A DNA stretch of 64,000 nucleotides from an uncultured virus (IMG/VR IMGVR_UViG_3300020183_000058) (Duplodnaviria > Heunggongvirae > Uroviricota > Caudoviricetes > Kyanoviridae). Under the pieces are notes generated by a model. It worked only from the letters and a program-made list of their open reading frames with translations. It made no database searches and was not told the origin of the DNA. Shown here piece by piece: positions 1-8,995 of this stretch. The stretch's first letter is position 1, and each line of letters starts with the position of its first letter. The stretch is taken from the IMG/VR virus record IMGVR_UViG_3300020183_000058; one strand, 5' to 3'. The translations under genes were made by a program, and so were the position numbers.

Positions 1-222
1 AGATGCAGATCTTTCTAAGTAATCACTAAAAGATGTATTTTTTAAAAATTCATTGATAGTATCTGAAGATACACTACTCCATGCAGGACCATATAATCTA
101 AATCTATTATCTGTTAGTGCAGACATCCTTAATTGAATTTCTTTTGCCAACCAAAGATGATCAGGATACTGTGCTTGTTCAGTTAGGAACGGATTCCTAA
201 AAATAGAATTATCTTTTGTCAT
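1..222 (-). CDS. hypothetical protein, 5' part (runs off window start)
   Basis: ATG at 222-220 just downstream of the tRNA; open to position 1 (MTKDNSIFRNPFLTEQAQYPDHLWLAKEIQLRM...). Not in the ORF track because no stop lies in the window. Confidence 0.6.
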   Translation of the reverse strand, partial: MTKDNSIFRNPFLTEQAQYPDHLWLAKEIQLRMSALTDNRFRLYGPAWSSVSSDTINEFLKNTSFSDYLERSAS

Positions 223-238
223 AAGGAAAAATATTATA

Positions 239-311
239 TGGAGATAAGGAGACTCGAACTCCTGACTCCCTGCTTGCAAAGCAGGTGCTCTACCAACTGA
301 GCTATACCCCC
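239..311 (-). tRNA. tRNA-Ala (anticodon UGC), CCA not encoded
   Basis: Reverse complement GGGGGTATAGCTCAGTTGGTAGAGCACCTGCTTTGCAAGCAGGGAGTCAGGAGTTCGAGTCTCCTTATCTCCA folds as a cloverleaf: anticodon arm CCTGC-TTTGCAA-GCAGG, T-loop TTCGAGT, G3:U70 alanine identity pair, discriminator A. Confidence 0.97.
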
Positions 312-874
312 AGGTTAAAACTAATTGTTGTTCTATTTAACTCTGATCTTGACGGATATGCAGTATGCATTAACCAAGAAGGAAACAAGAGTAATGTACC
401 AGGTTTAGGGTATATTGTCAAGAGCGCATTAGAAAACCTCAACTCTTGACCAAAAATAAATTGAGTATGTCCATCAGTTAAGGGTACATTATTATTAGAA
501 GTGTCAGATGTAGATGGTGGACAGTCTATGTATAAAACTCCACTAAGTAATCCAGTATGTTCATGTATTGGATTATAATCAGAATACTGACATATATTAA
601 CCCATGCAGACAGGATATGCAATGGTTCATGAGTATTGACCTCATTTAAATACTCTTGTCCTGCTTTTAAAAGAAATTTATCCAGACCTATGTTGTTAGC
701 AACTGTATATTCTAAAACATATTGATGTGTGTTTTTGCCCGCAAGGTCAGATGAATAATCAGAGTTTGGTCCAGTCAATAAGCTATTAGCATGATCTCTC
801 AACTTGTACAACATTATATTGTCAATTGTAGTTGAGAGAACCTTAGGACCAAGTTGAAGAAATTTAGACTGCAT
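302..874 (-). CDS. putative 2OG-Fe(II) oxygenase (HxH...H type)
   Basis: YNPIHEHTGLLSGVLY, PKPGTLLLFPSWLMH and RTTISFN motifs of the double-stranded beta-helix oxygenases common in cyanophages. Confidence 0.85.
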   Translation of the reverse strand: MQSKFLQLGPKVLSTTIDNIMLYKLRDHANSLLTGPNSDYSSDLAGKNTHQYVLEYTVANNIGLDKFLLKAGQEYLNEVNTHEPLHILSAWVNICQYSDYNPIHEHTGLLSGVLYIDCPPSTSDTSNNNVPLTDGHTQFIFGQELRFSNALLTIYPKPGTLLLFPSWLMHTAYPSRSELNRTTISFNLGV

Positions 875-2585
875 CGTTAACTATTTTACTAAAATCAGAA
901 ACTTTTTCAAATTTAATATTGTGTTCAAATTTATCGGTAAGGACTTCTCCTTTATGGGAGATTACAAAAACATTTGTTTTTTTATCTATACCATGTAAGA
1001 TCTTCATTAATTCTTCAGTTGCAGAGGAATCCAACGAACTGTCAAATACTTCATCCAATAATAACAAGTTAGTGGATACAGAATTTTTCATATTCGCAAT
1101 TTCTCTCCAGGTAAACAATAGAGCAAGATCGATCTTTTGTTTTTCACCTTCAGAGAAAGATGCATAGGTAAATTCATCACGATAACGTGATTTAATTACC
1201 TCATTAAATTCTTCATCAAGAGTAAAGTTAACATAAAAATCCATGCTTGTCAAGTGCTTATTAATAAATCTGTTCATGTTTGGAACATACTTTTTAATAA
1301 TCTGTGCCTTAACTCCACTATCTTTAAGTAAGTTAGCAACTACATCATATTCAGATTGTTCCTTAGATACATCTGAACACCGTTTTTCAATTGCAAGATA
1401 TTCTTCCTTATATGCTTCCAACTTACCTTGCATCATTGCGATGTTTGGAGACTCATTTAGTCGTTGAATTTCAGAATTAAGTTTGACAATATTCTTTTCG
1501 TTATGGGCAATCCTATCTCGTAGTTGATTAATTTTATATAAATTATCTTTTAACTTGCTCTCTTGTTTAATAAGAATATCTAATTGATCATTAGTAGAAA
1601 TAATTTTTTGCTGGAGTTGTATACAACCATTATCAAATTGTTCAGAACTCTTACGAAGCTCGGATAATTTCCGATCTTTGAACTCACTATCGATAATCTG
1701 ATCACATGTAGGACAAGTATCATTCTCTGTAAAGAATGCAATATCCTTTTGGGTATGATAAAATCTATTCTGAAGTTTATTCAAGATAGCATTTGCATTT
1801 TTTAGATCTTGCTTGTGTTTATCAACATTAATAATTTCAGTATGAATATCTAAATTTTCTGCCTCAAAGATATTGATGTCTCTATTATACTCAAAGACTT
1901 CTTCTTCCAGAATAGAAATATCTTTGATCTTCAAATCAATCTCACCCACATTCGTTGTTTGCGAATTGCGAATATGATCCTCCTGCATCTTTACTTTATC
2001 TTCTGCAGACTTCAATTCATACTTACATTCCTTCTGTCGTTCAAAATTTACACGTATTCTATCTTTCAATAAAAGTTTCATTGTCGAAAAGATTTGAATG
2101 TCCAAAATATCTTCAATGACTTCTCTCCGATAGGCAGGAGTTAATTGCATAAACGGCACAAAAGTAGATGAACCAAGAATGACCACCTGAGTAAAGGCTT
2201 TATAATTCATCTTCAGAACAGATTGTTCTAACCATTTTTGCTGGTCGGCAGCAGCTGCTGTTTGATCAACTAGTATATCGTTTTTATAAATTTCAAATCT
2301 ATTAGGTTTTATTCCACGTACAACATTCCAAACAACTCCATTAATAGTAAATTCAATTTGAACTACACAATCCTTTTCATTGATTGAATTTACTAGTTGT
2401 GGTTTATTAATTTTGCGAAATGGTTTATTAAACAAAACAAAAGTAATAGCATCCAAGATAGTGCTTTTACCTGCGCCGTTATATCCTTGGATTAAAGTTG
2501 AATGATGTCTGTCAAGTTCAATCTCAGTAAATTGATTTCCAGTACTGAGAAAGTTTTTCCATTTAATAGTATTGAAAATAATCAT
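864..2585 (-). CDS. gp46: recombination endonuclease ATPase subunit (gp46, SbcC/Rad50-like)
   Basis: Walker A GYNGAGKST, CPTC zinc hook within coiled coil, FSEGEK signature, LLLLDEVFD Walker B. Confidence 0.97.
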   Translation of the reverse strand: MIIFNTIKWKNFLSTGNQFTEIELDRHHSTLIQGYNGAGKSTILDAITFVLFNKPFRKINKPQLVNSINEKDCVVQIEFTINGVVWNVVRGIKPNRFEIYKNDILVDQTAAAADQQKWLEQSVLKMNYKAFTQVVILGSSTFVPFMQLTPAYRREVIEDILDIQIFSTMKLLLKDRIRVNFERQKECKYELKSAEDKVKMQEDHIRNSQTTNVGEIDLKIKDISILEEEVFEYNRDINIFEAENLDIHTEIINVDKHKQDLKNANAILNKLQNRFYHTQKDIAFFTENDTCPTCDQIIDSEFKDRKLSELRKSSEQFDNGCIQLQQKIISTNDQLDILIKQESKLKDNLYKINQLRDRIAHNEKNIVKLNSEIQRLNESPNIAMMQGKLEAYKEEYLAIEKRCSDVSKEQSEYDVVANLLKDSGVKAQIIKKYVPNMNRFINKHLTSMDFYVNFTLDEEFNEVIKSRYRDEFTYASFSEGEKQKIDLALLFTWREIANMKNSVSTNLLLLDEVFDSSLDSSATEELMKILHGIDKKTNVFVISHKGEVLTDKFEHNIKFEKVSDFSKIVNDAV

Positions 2586-2839
2586 GGGGGAAATACAATG
2601 TCTTCAGGTGTAATAATGCAATAATTGTAACCAAATAATTCACAGTTTTTTACTACTATCTCTTGATCTATATCAACAACTTCCAGATGTTCATGCTCCG
2701 CACTATCATCATTAGCAACTAGTAGTCCTAGATACCTTTCTGCGTCGTCTATTTCTTCAAACATTTGAACGACTTTACCGTTCGATTTGTCTTGAACTGC
2801 ATAGACACCTCCGTTTTGTGAATCCATTAACAAGAACAT
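2582..2839 (-). CDS. conserved hypothetical phage protein between g47 and g46
   Basis: 85-aa acidic ORF overlapping both neighbours; FEEIDDAERYLGLL and C-terminal DIVFPP resemble a cyanophage/cyanobacterial small-protein family (recalled). Confidence 0.75.
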   Translation of the reverse strand: MFLLMDSQNGGVYAVQDKSNGKVVQMFEEIDDAERYLGLLVANDDSAEHEHLEVVDIDQEIVVKNCELFGYNYCIITPEDIVFPP

Positions 2840-3879
2840 TAGTATTCTAGTGCTTCGGTGTACAGTGTTTTAATTATACCAAAAACTGAGGATTTGTCAA
2901 CTTTAAATTCAACCTCATCAATAAATTTTTCTAACATAGTTAGTGTATCTTCTATTTCAAGATCGATCTGATCTTCTGGATATTCAAAACTTAAGTCTTC
3001 GATAATCTTAAGTTCTGCTGGATGACTATCATAGATTAGTTTTAGGAACCTATCAAATTTTAAAATGTCATCTTTCTTTTCAACAATCAACTTAACATAT
3101 TTATTCTGGATATCCGAAAAATCTTTAGTGAGGTCAACCGTATCTTCATTATAATATTCTTTATGGAACATTGTGAATGGATTGCGGTAAAATTTGAGAT
3201 CTAAAGTTTCAGTATCTAAAATATGAAATCCACGTTTTGCTTTATAATCGTTCCAATATAATTCATACGGATTGCCAAGGTAATGAATATTACCCTTATT
3301 CGACTTAGTATGAAAATGTCCTGATAATACTTTGTTGAATTTTTTAAAAGGTTCGATACTAATTCCATGTTCCATCACAATACCAGGGACACTCTCAAAA
3401 CCAGTAAACTCAAGATGGCCCACACAGAGAGTTGAAGTAGATTGTTCCAGAAGTTCGTAAACTCTGGATCGATTATCATCACATATCCAAGGGATGCCAA
3501 GTACAGGCAAAGAACCAAGAAGGAATTCACCAGGGCTATCCACAACCTGAATGTTTCCATACTCTCCCAAGAGGAGAGATGGGGCATTAATTCGGAGAGT
3601 GTTTTTATAGTAGATATCATGGTTTCCTACGAGCATGGTTAACGTGACACCCATCTTTTCTAATGGATCAAACCACATACCCTTTGCTGCCTCAAGTGAA
3701 AGAAAATTCACAGATTTGCGACGGTCAAAAGTATCTCCTAAACAGAGGACGTGTTTAATGTTATATGCTTCAATGAATGGAATTACTACGGTTGAATAAA
3801 ATTTTTGATAATAATCAACGTAAATTTGCGAGTCATTTCTGACACCAAAGTGTTGATCTGTAATAACGAGGACCTTCAT
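2839..3879 (-). CDS. gp47: recombination endonuclease nuclease subunit (gp47, SbcD/Mre11-like)
   Basis: Metallophosphoesterase motifs DQHFG, GDTFD, GNHD, GHFH; start set at MKVLVITD (3879), directly after the gp55 stop. Confidence 0.96.
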   Translation of the reverse strand: MKVLVITDQHFGVRNDSQIYVDYYQKFYSTVVIPFIEAYNIKHVLCLGDTFDRRKSVNFLSLEAAKGMWFDPLEKMGVTLTMLVGNHDIYYKNTLRINAPSLLLGEYGNIQVVDSPGEFLLGSLPVLGIPWICDDNRSRVYELLEQSTSTLCVGHLEFTGFESVPGIVMEHGISIEPFKKFNKVLSGHFHTKSNKGNIHYLGNPYELYWNDYKAKRGFHILDTETLDLKFYRNPFTMFHKEYYNEDTVDLTKDFSDIQNKYVKLIVEKKDDILKFDRFLKLIYDSHPAELKIIEDLSFEYPEDQIDLEIEDTLTMLEKFIDEVEFKVDKSSVFGIIKTLYTEALEY

Positions 3880-3880
3880 A

Positions 3881-4348
3881 TTAGTATCTACTGGAAGTTT
3901 CAATTCTTGATTTTATTTGATTGTAATCTGAATAATTATAATCATCTTCAGTAGTAAAAAGTTGATCATAACCAGACTTTTCAATAATCTTTTCTTTAAT
4001 GTCTAGTTGTCTTTTTTCTTTATGAATCCGTCTAAGGAAAGCAAAATATACAATTTGCGTAAAGTAAGCAAATGGATTCCTAGATTTCTCAGGATCAAAA
4101 TTATCAATGTATTGAATGCAGTTCTCAATACCATCGCAAATCATATCATCCTTATACATGTAATTGATAAAGTTTGGACGATAAGATAGATGTGTAGCAA
4201 TCTTCAAAAAACATTCACCAATGTAATTTGATACTTTTGGTTTTGGCAGTCCTTTATTTTGTGCTATTACAATCTTTTGACGGTAATCAATAAGGGCTGC
4301 TAAGAACTCCTGATTATCTATGTAATGGTTCTTTTTCTTTTTATGCAT
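3881..4348 (-). CDS. gp55: late-transcription sigma factor (gp55)
   Basis: HYIDNQEFLAAL, YIGECFLKIATHLSYRPNFINY, NPFAYFTQIVYFAFLRRI; start set at MHKKKK (4348), downstream of the predicted promoter. Confidence 0.97.
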   Translation of the reverse strand: MHKKKKNHYIDNQEFLAALIDYRQKIVIAQNKGLPKPKVSNYIGECFLKIATHLSYRPNFINYMYKDDMICDGIENCIQYIDNFDPEKSRNPFAYFTQIVYFAFLRRIHKEKRQLDIKEKIIEKSGYDQLFTTEDDYNYSDYNQIKSRIETSSRY

Positions 4349-4371
4349 GTAGGATCTAGCAGTCTGGATGT

Positions 4372-4400
4372 ATATTACCAAGTCGTAACACATTTGTCAA
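4372..4400 (-). promoter_or_regulatory. sigma70-type (pre-late) promoter for gp55-g47-g46
   Basis: Minus strand TTGACA (4400-4395), 17-nt spacer, TAATAT (4377-4372). Confidence 0.8.
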
Positions 4401-4404
4401 GTAC

Positions 4405-4433
4405 TTGACACAGTGCTTCAAAACCAGTACAAT
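4405..4433 (+). promoter_or_regulatory. sigma70-type promoter pointing antisense into the uvsW/uvsY region
   Basis: Plus strand TTGACA (4405-4410), 17-nt spacer, TACAAT (4428-4433). Confidence 0.7.
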
Positions 4434-4449
4434 CGACCATGTGGGAGTT

Positions 4450-4875
4450 TCAAAGATATTTAAAAATTCTTTCTAATTTAATCTTTGCATCTTTCAACGT
4501 CGATATCATCCCCATTTCTTCAGTTACTTCAATCTCTTTTGTTGATGGTTTGTACGTGGGGTCCTGTTCATTAATCCAAGAAGTATAATAATACTTGATC
4601 TCTTTACTCATAGATCCAATACTAACGATAGACTTTTCAGTGATTACGAAAAAGTCTTCATCAGAGAGTTCCATCCACTTATTAAAAGAAATTCCTTTTT
4701 GTATTTTTTTAGACTCTCCTTTCAATTCATGTATTTTTGCTTCTGCTGGATCTTGAACATATACATGAGTTTCTCCTTCATCTGCAGATGCTAGCATTTT
4801 ACCCACTACATATTCTCCTGTAGTGAGTTTGATGACTCCATGGAACTCTTCTTCGTGTCTGATGTAATTAATCAT
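4450..4875 (-). CDS. conserved hypothetical protein downstream of uvsW (Sm-like fold plausible)
   Basis: 141 aa, FHGVIKLTTGEYVVGK N-terminus; syntenic position between uvsW and g55 as in cyanomyoviruses (recalled). Confidence 0.75.
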   Translation of the reverse strand: MINYIRHEEEFHGVIKLTTGEYVVGKMLASADEGETHVYVQDPAEAKIHELKGESKKIQKGISFNKWMELSDEDFFVITEKSIVSIGSMSKEIKYYYTSWINEQDPTYKPSTKEIEVTEEMGMISTLKDAKIKLERIFKYL

Positions 4876-4877
4876 AC

Positions 4878-6332
4878 TTAGCTCCTTAGTTTGACATCGA
4901 TAATTTCATAACTAAAATCCTCCTCATTGTATATACTAATTCTTTCAAATAGATGCTTTAAAGTATAATTTGGACGATCACCTTTACTTATATTATCGGC
5001 AATATCGAATAATTTTGCTTGTGCTTTATTATCCCCCTTTCTCAATACCCTTCCAATTGATTGAAGATTGCGAACTCTTGATTTTGAGGGGGATGCAAAT
5101 ATGACATTATGTAGATTCTTAATATTGATGCCTGTTGAAAACGTTCCGTATGTAGCAACAATGATTGCATTCTTTTCTTTTTCAGTAAGGGAACGAATAT
5201 ACTCTCGTTCTTCTGCCTCTACACCACCATGTACATAAAATACTGGTTTGTCAATACTACTATTTATCAGTTCATAAAGTGGGTCTCCATGCTTCTCGAC
5301 ATAGTTGACGAGTAATAGTGTGTTTCCATCTATATCTCGACATAAGTTACGAATAAATTTATTCCTACCTTCATGCGAAACAATGTAATCCATTTCATCT
5401 TGATAGGAATCAAAATGTCTTGATTCATGTTTTAGTAATAAAACACTGATATCTAACTTTGCTAATTGACCCTTATTTTGTAAATCTTTAGTTCTAGTTA
5501 TTTTATTGCACTTTCCAAATAAACCTTCTAGAACTAACTGATGTGTAGTACTACCATCTAAAGTTCCAGTCAAACCAACTCGATACTTACAGTCATGTAA
5601 TTTTGTTAGTATACTTGTCAGACTTTTTGCTTTGTAGAGGTGCGCTTCATCGCCGATGACAACATTAAACCTATTAAAAAAATTTTTAGGTTCTTTGTAG
5701 ATAGATTGCCACGTAGATATGACAACAGGAGATTTTGTATAACGGTCTTTACCTCCATAGATTTTTGCACAGTATGCGTCTGCTTTCCATCCATAATCTT
5801 CGAAGTCCTTATACATTTGTTCAACTAGAGATGTCGTTGGCACAATAATTAAAATGTTTCTATCATGCTGTAAGTGCCACCTTACCATCGAATATATGAT
5901 AAGAGACTTACCAGATCCAGTGGGGGATAGAAGGAGTCTACGGTGGTATTTGATTGCCTCAAAGACTGCCTTATATTGGTAGTCACGTGCTTTAAACGGT
6001 AACCCGAGTCCTTTGACGAAACCAACGATTCCTTCTGGAGTGATAAATTCTTCTTCATCATTTGGGTATCCATAGAATTTGTTACCTTCTACATTAAAAG
6101 AATATCCACGTTCATTTAAATATTCAGTTAAATGATTGTAGAGACCAACATATATTTCTCCATTACCAGGTGAGTACAAACGAATCTTGCCATCCCACAC
6201 TCTGCTTTTGTATTGTGGCATGAATTTTGCTGCTGGTACTTCAAACGTAAAGTAGTCTGATAGTTCTTTATGGATATGTGGTTCTGTTTCTACGGTTAGA
6301 TAAACTTCATTTTTCTTTTTGATAATTGTCAT
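4878..6332 (-). CDS. uvsW: SF2 RNA-DNA/DNA-DNA helicase UvsW
   Basis: SPTGSGKS, GDEAH, GLTGT and QSIGRVLR helicase motifs; WDGKIRL N-terminal motif. Confidence 0.96.
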   Translation of the reverse strand: MTIIKKKNEVYLTVETEPHIHKELSDYFTFEVPAAKFMPQYKSRVWDGKIRLYSPGNGEIYVGLYNHLTEYLNERGYSFNVEGNKFYGYPNDEEEFITPEGIVGFVKGLGLPFKARDYQYKAVFEAIKYHRRLLLSPTGSGKSLIIYSMVRWHLQHDRNILIIVPTTSLVEQMYKDFEDYGWKADAYCAKIYGGKDRYTKSPVVISTWQSIYKEPKNFFNRFNVVIGDEAHLYKAKSLTSILTKLHDCKYRVGLTGTLDGSTTHQLVLEGLFGKCNKITRTKDLQNKGQLAKLDISVLLLKHESRHFDSYQDEMDYIVSHEGRNKFIRNLCRDIDGNTLLLVNYVEKHGDPLYELINSSIDKPVFYVHGGVEAEEREYIRSLTEKEKNAIIVATYGTFSTGINIKNLHNVIFASPSKSRVRNLQSIGRVLRKGDNKAQAKLFDIADNISKGDRPNYTLKHLFERISIYNEEDFSYEIIDVKLRS

Positions 6333-6754
6333 CCACCAGCCTCAAATCTTCTATGTTCTAATGCATTTTTAATTTGATAAGTTCTATTAGAAATCATCCT
6401 AAGAATGCTCTCAATATAATTTATACACTCTTCTGCATATGCCATTTTCATCTCACATTTCTGCAAGTCTTCATCTGCATCCATAAACATAGGTATGTCA
6501 GTTTTAAGAAGTTTTAAATCAAATGGTCTATCTTTATACTCTTCCTTTGATGCTTTACCACTATAATATTTGTATCTATCTCTCAACAGTGTCTTACATT
6601 TAAAGGTGTTTTCCTTAAGTATAAATTTAAACTCTGTGTATAGTTTGTAATATTTTTGGTGTAGTTGAGGTATCTTTAAAGATTCGTTATCAAGATCAAA
6701 TTCGTTGATTTTACTATCAACTTCCCACATTTCTTGAATCTTTTCTAGGTTCAT
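6329..6754 (-). CDS. uvsY: recombination mediator UvsY
   Basis: ESLKIPQLHQKY, RTYQIKNALEHRRFEAG; adjacent to uvsW. Confidence 0.92.
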   Translation of the reverse strand: MNLEKIQEMWEVDSKINEFDLDNESLKIPQLHQKYYKLYTEFKFILKENTFKCKTLLRDRYKYYSGKASKEEYKDRPFDLKLLKTDIPMFMDADEDLQKCEMKMAYAEECINYIESILRMISNRTYQIKNALEHRRFEAGG

Positions 6755-6963
6755 AATAATTCCACATTAATAATACGAATTTCTCTTTCAGTCTCTGCCA
6801 TTATATGTTTTTCATTCATCAGAATTTGTGATGCTTCTTCCTCTGAACTAGCAGTAATTATTTTTGTTTTGGTATAAATTTGTTCTCTAACTTTATTGCA
6901 ATAGTTAAAACCACACCCACTTGGGCAATCTGTTTTGAGTTGGTATGTTAATTTGTATTCCAT
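6751..6963 (-). CDS. hypothetical protein
   Basis: ATG at 6963 right after the gp3 stop; stop overlaps the uvsY start (ATGA); CPSGCGFNYC cysteine cluster. Confidence 0.6.
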   Translation of the reverse strand: MEYKLTYQLKTDCPSGCGFNYCNKVREQIYTKTKIITASSEEEASQILMNEKHIMAETEREIRIINVELL

Positions 6964-6964
6964 A

Positions 6965-7501
6965 TTATAGCAAAGAAATACCGTTTTTGTTACAGACATC
7001 ATAACTTTTATATTTAAAGGTCACTTCTGCAGTGAAAAAATCTGTATCTGTAGTAGTAGCTTCGAATCTGAGAGTATTTAAATTAATTGGATATACATCT
7101 TCAAATTTGATTTGAGCAATAGTTTTTAAGTTACTGTTTAAAACAAACAAAGTTGCATCCGTGTTTGGATTGTAAATACCATCATTTGTAGTATTCTGTT
7201 TTTCGAATAATTGTCTATCCGCAAAACTATCAGGGACACCTAACCCTCGTAACCATTTTTGAATTAGAATATAATTTTCTAAATTTTCATCAATAAGAAA
7301 AGTCAAAACTAAATCATCATACTCAAATGCTGTAGGAACGGGTAGAGGGACAAAGGGTGTTGGTATTTGAGTTTGCAAAACACTCACAGCTGGAATATTT
7401 GCAGATTGACAAAAGTATGTGACCTTTTGGTTTTTACCTAGAATGAATCTAAAACCAGCTGGTGATAAGAAATTTCTATTTGCAATCTGTTCTGCAATCA
7501 T
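6965..7501 (-). CDS. gp3: tail tube terminator / tail completion protein (gp3)
   Basis: NRNFLSPAGFRF, YFCQSANIP, FLIDENLENY and FKY motifs; position after g23. Confidence 0.9.
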   Translation of the reverse strand: MIAEQIANRNFLSPAGFRFILGKNQKVTYFCQSANIPAVSVLQTQIPTPFVPLPVPTAFEYDDLVLTFLIDENLENYILIQKWLRGLGVPDSFADRQLFEKQNTTNDGIYNPNTDATLFVLNSNLKTIAQIKFEDVYPINLNTLRFEATTTDTDFFTAEVTFKYKSYDVCNKNGISLL

Positions 7502-7523
7502 CGTCTTAAATTGTATGACAAAC

Positions 7524-7530
7524 TATTTAG
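7524..7530 (-). promoter_or_regulatory. late promoter variant CTAAATA for g3-uvsY-uvsW
   Basis: CTAAATA immediately after the g23 terminator, 22 nt before the gp3 ATG. Confidence 0.55.
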
Positions 7531-7532
7531 AC

Positions 7533-7556
7533 AAAAAAAGGACCCCGAAGGGTCCT
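7533..7556 (-). terminator. rho-independent terminator after g23
   Basis: AGGACCC-TTCG-GGGTCCT hairpin (C-UUCG-G tetraloop typical of T4-like phages) followed by a T run. Confidence 0.93.
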
Positions 7557-7574
7557 GGTTAATTGAAGAAAGGA

Positions 7575-8945
7575 TCACATTAGGTTGATTACCTTTACCT
7601 TTCTGTAGTAGACGTTTGCGTCTGCGGTGAGAGCACCTTCACCTTGGGTAAGACCCTCAGCATATGGGTTAGCAACTAGACCATAACGGGTCTTGAAGCC
7701 AATCTTGGGCTGGAAGGTATCCTGACCGATTGCACGTACCATCTGTAGAGGTACATATGGGCAATAGAAGAGACCTGCATCATAAGGTGAGGTTCCCTTA
7801 TAACCCATTACGAAGAAGTGGTTAGCAGAAACGTTTGCTGAATAAGGATCAACATAAACCTTAATGCGACCATTGAGGGTTCCAACTAGAGTTGAGGAAG
7901 TATCATCAACACCAGCAAGAGCATTGTTGCCGTTAAGTGCAGGGGTGTAGTCAAGAACACCAGCCATGCCAAGAGCACTTGCTACGTCTGCAGAGCAAAC
8001 GATGAAGTTACCCTTACCACGACGAGTCTGTTGACCGATGGCATTTGCTTCTCTTTCGATTTGGAAGAGTAGACCCTTGAACTTCTCTACTGACCAACGA
8101 CCGTTGGAGTCAACGTCGAGGTCGAATACACCAGCAGTTGCGGTGTTGTTTTGAGCACCAGGCTTTGCGATTGCATAGATGGTACGAACAATCTCACGGT
8201 TGATCTCAGCAAGAACCTCAGTTGAAAGAATGTTAGCAAGTTCGGTTTCTGCATCGAGACCATGAACTGCCTTGAGGTCTTGTGCGAGCTCTAGTGAGTA
8301 CTCAGCCTTGAGGGCACGTGACTTCGCAGTAACAGTGACCTTCTCGATGGAGAAGTTCATTTCTGCGAATGCGTTTGAACCAGTACCGAGTGTTTCTGAC
8401 TCGTCTGTTCTCATTGCACGACCAGTGGTATAAGTACCACCGTCTAGAAGTGCTGATGGGTTTGCACCTGAGTGTGCAGTCGATGAACCGAAACCTGAGG
8501 TTCCAGCTGCGTCACGACCTGTGAAGTCGGTATCTGCTTCGTTGTAGAATGCTTCAGCACCAGCAGTGCGGTTTGTGCCATAACGTGAACGCATTGCGAA
8601 AATGAGTCCAGTAGGACCTGTCATTGGCTGAACACCGCAGAGGTCGTAAGCAAGAAGCTTAGGCATCGAACGACGAATCAAGCTGATTAGAACAGGGTCG
8701 AAACCTGCTACAGGACCAGTTGATGTTGCGGATGCTGAGAAACCAGCTACTGAAGAGGTTGAACCAGTATGGTTGGTTGGTGATGCTTCTGAAAGCATAA
8801 CACCACGCTCTTCACGTAGGAATTTTTCTTGGTTTTCTAGAAGAACAGCAGTAACTGCTTTCTTGTAATTGTCTTGAATTGCAGGAAGGTTCTTGTGCTC
8901 AAGAATGGGAGCCCACTTTTCCTGCAAATGCTCTGAATTGAACAT
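7575..8945 (-). CDS. gp23: major capsid protein (gp23)
   Basis: LQEKWAPIL, GVQPMTGPTGLIFAMR, EINRE, YCPYVPL, FQPKIGFKTRYG. Confidence 0.99.
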   Translation of the reverse strand: MFNSEHLQEKWAPILEHKNLPAIQDNYKKAVTAVLLENQEKFLREERGVMLSEASPTNHTGSTSSVAGFSASATSTGPVAGFDPVLISLIRRSMPKLLAYDLCGVQPMTGPTGLIFAMRSRYGTNRTAGAEAFYNEADTDFTGRDAAGTSGFGSSTAHSGANPSALLDGGTYTTGRAMRTDESETLGTGSNAFAEMNFSIEKVTVTAKSRALKAEYSLELAQDLKAVHGLDAETELANILSTEVLAEINREIVRTIYAIAKPGAQNNTATAGVFDLDVDSNGRWSVEKFKGLLFQIEREANAIGQQTRRGKGNFIVCSADVASALGMAGVLDYTPALNGNNALAGVDDTSSTLVGTLNGRIKVYVDPYSANVSANHFFVMGYKGTSPYDAGLFYCPYVPLQMVRAIGQDTFQPKIGFKTRYGLVANPYAEGLTQGEGALTADANVYYRKVKVINLM

Positions 8946-8975
8946 TGCTTTTGTCTCCGTTTGTGGATATGTAAA

Positions 8976-8983
8976 TATTTATA
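8976..8983 (-). promoter_or_regulatory. T4-type late promoter TATAAATA (g23)
   Basis: Exact consensus, intergenic, followed by GGAG SD. Confidence 0.9.
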
Positions 8984-8995
8984 ATTAATTAGGTT

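Noticed and set aside
7575..8945. Higher GC and different codon usage in g23
   Set aside because: Expected for the most highly expressed gene; not evidence of transfer.
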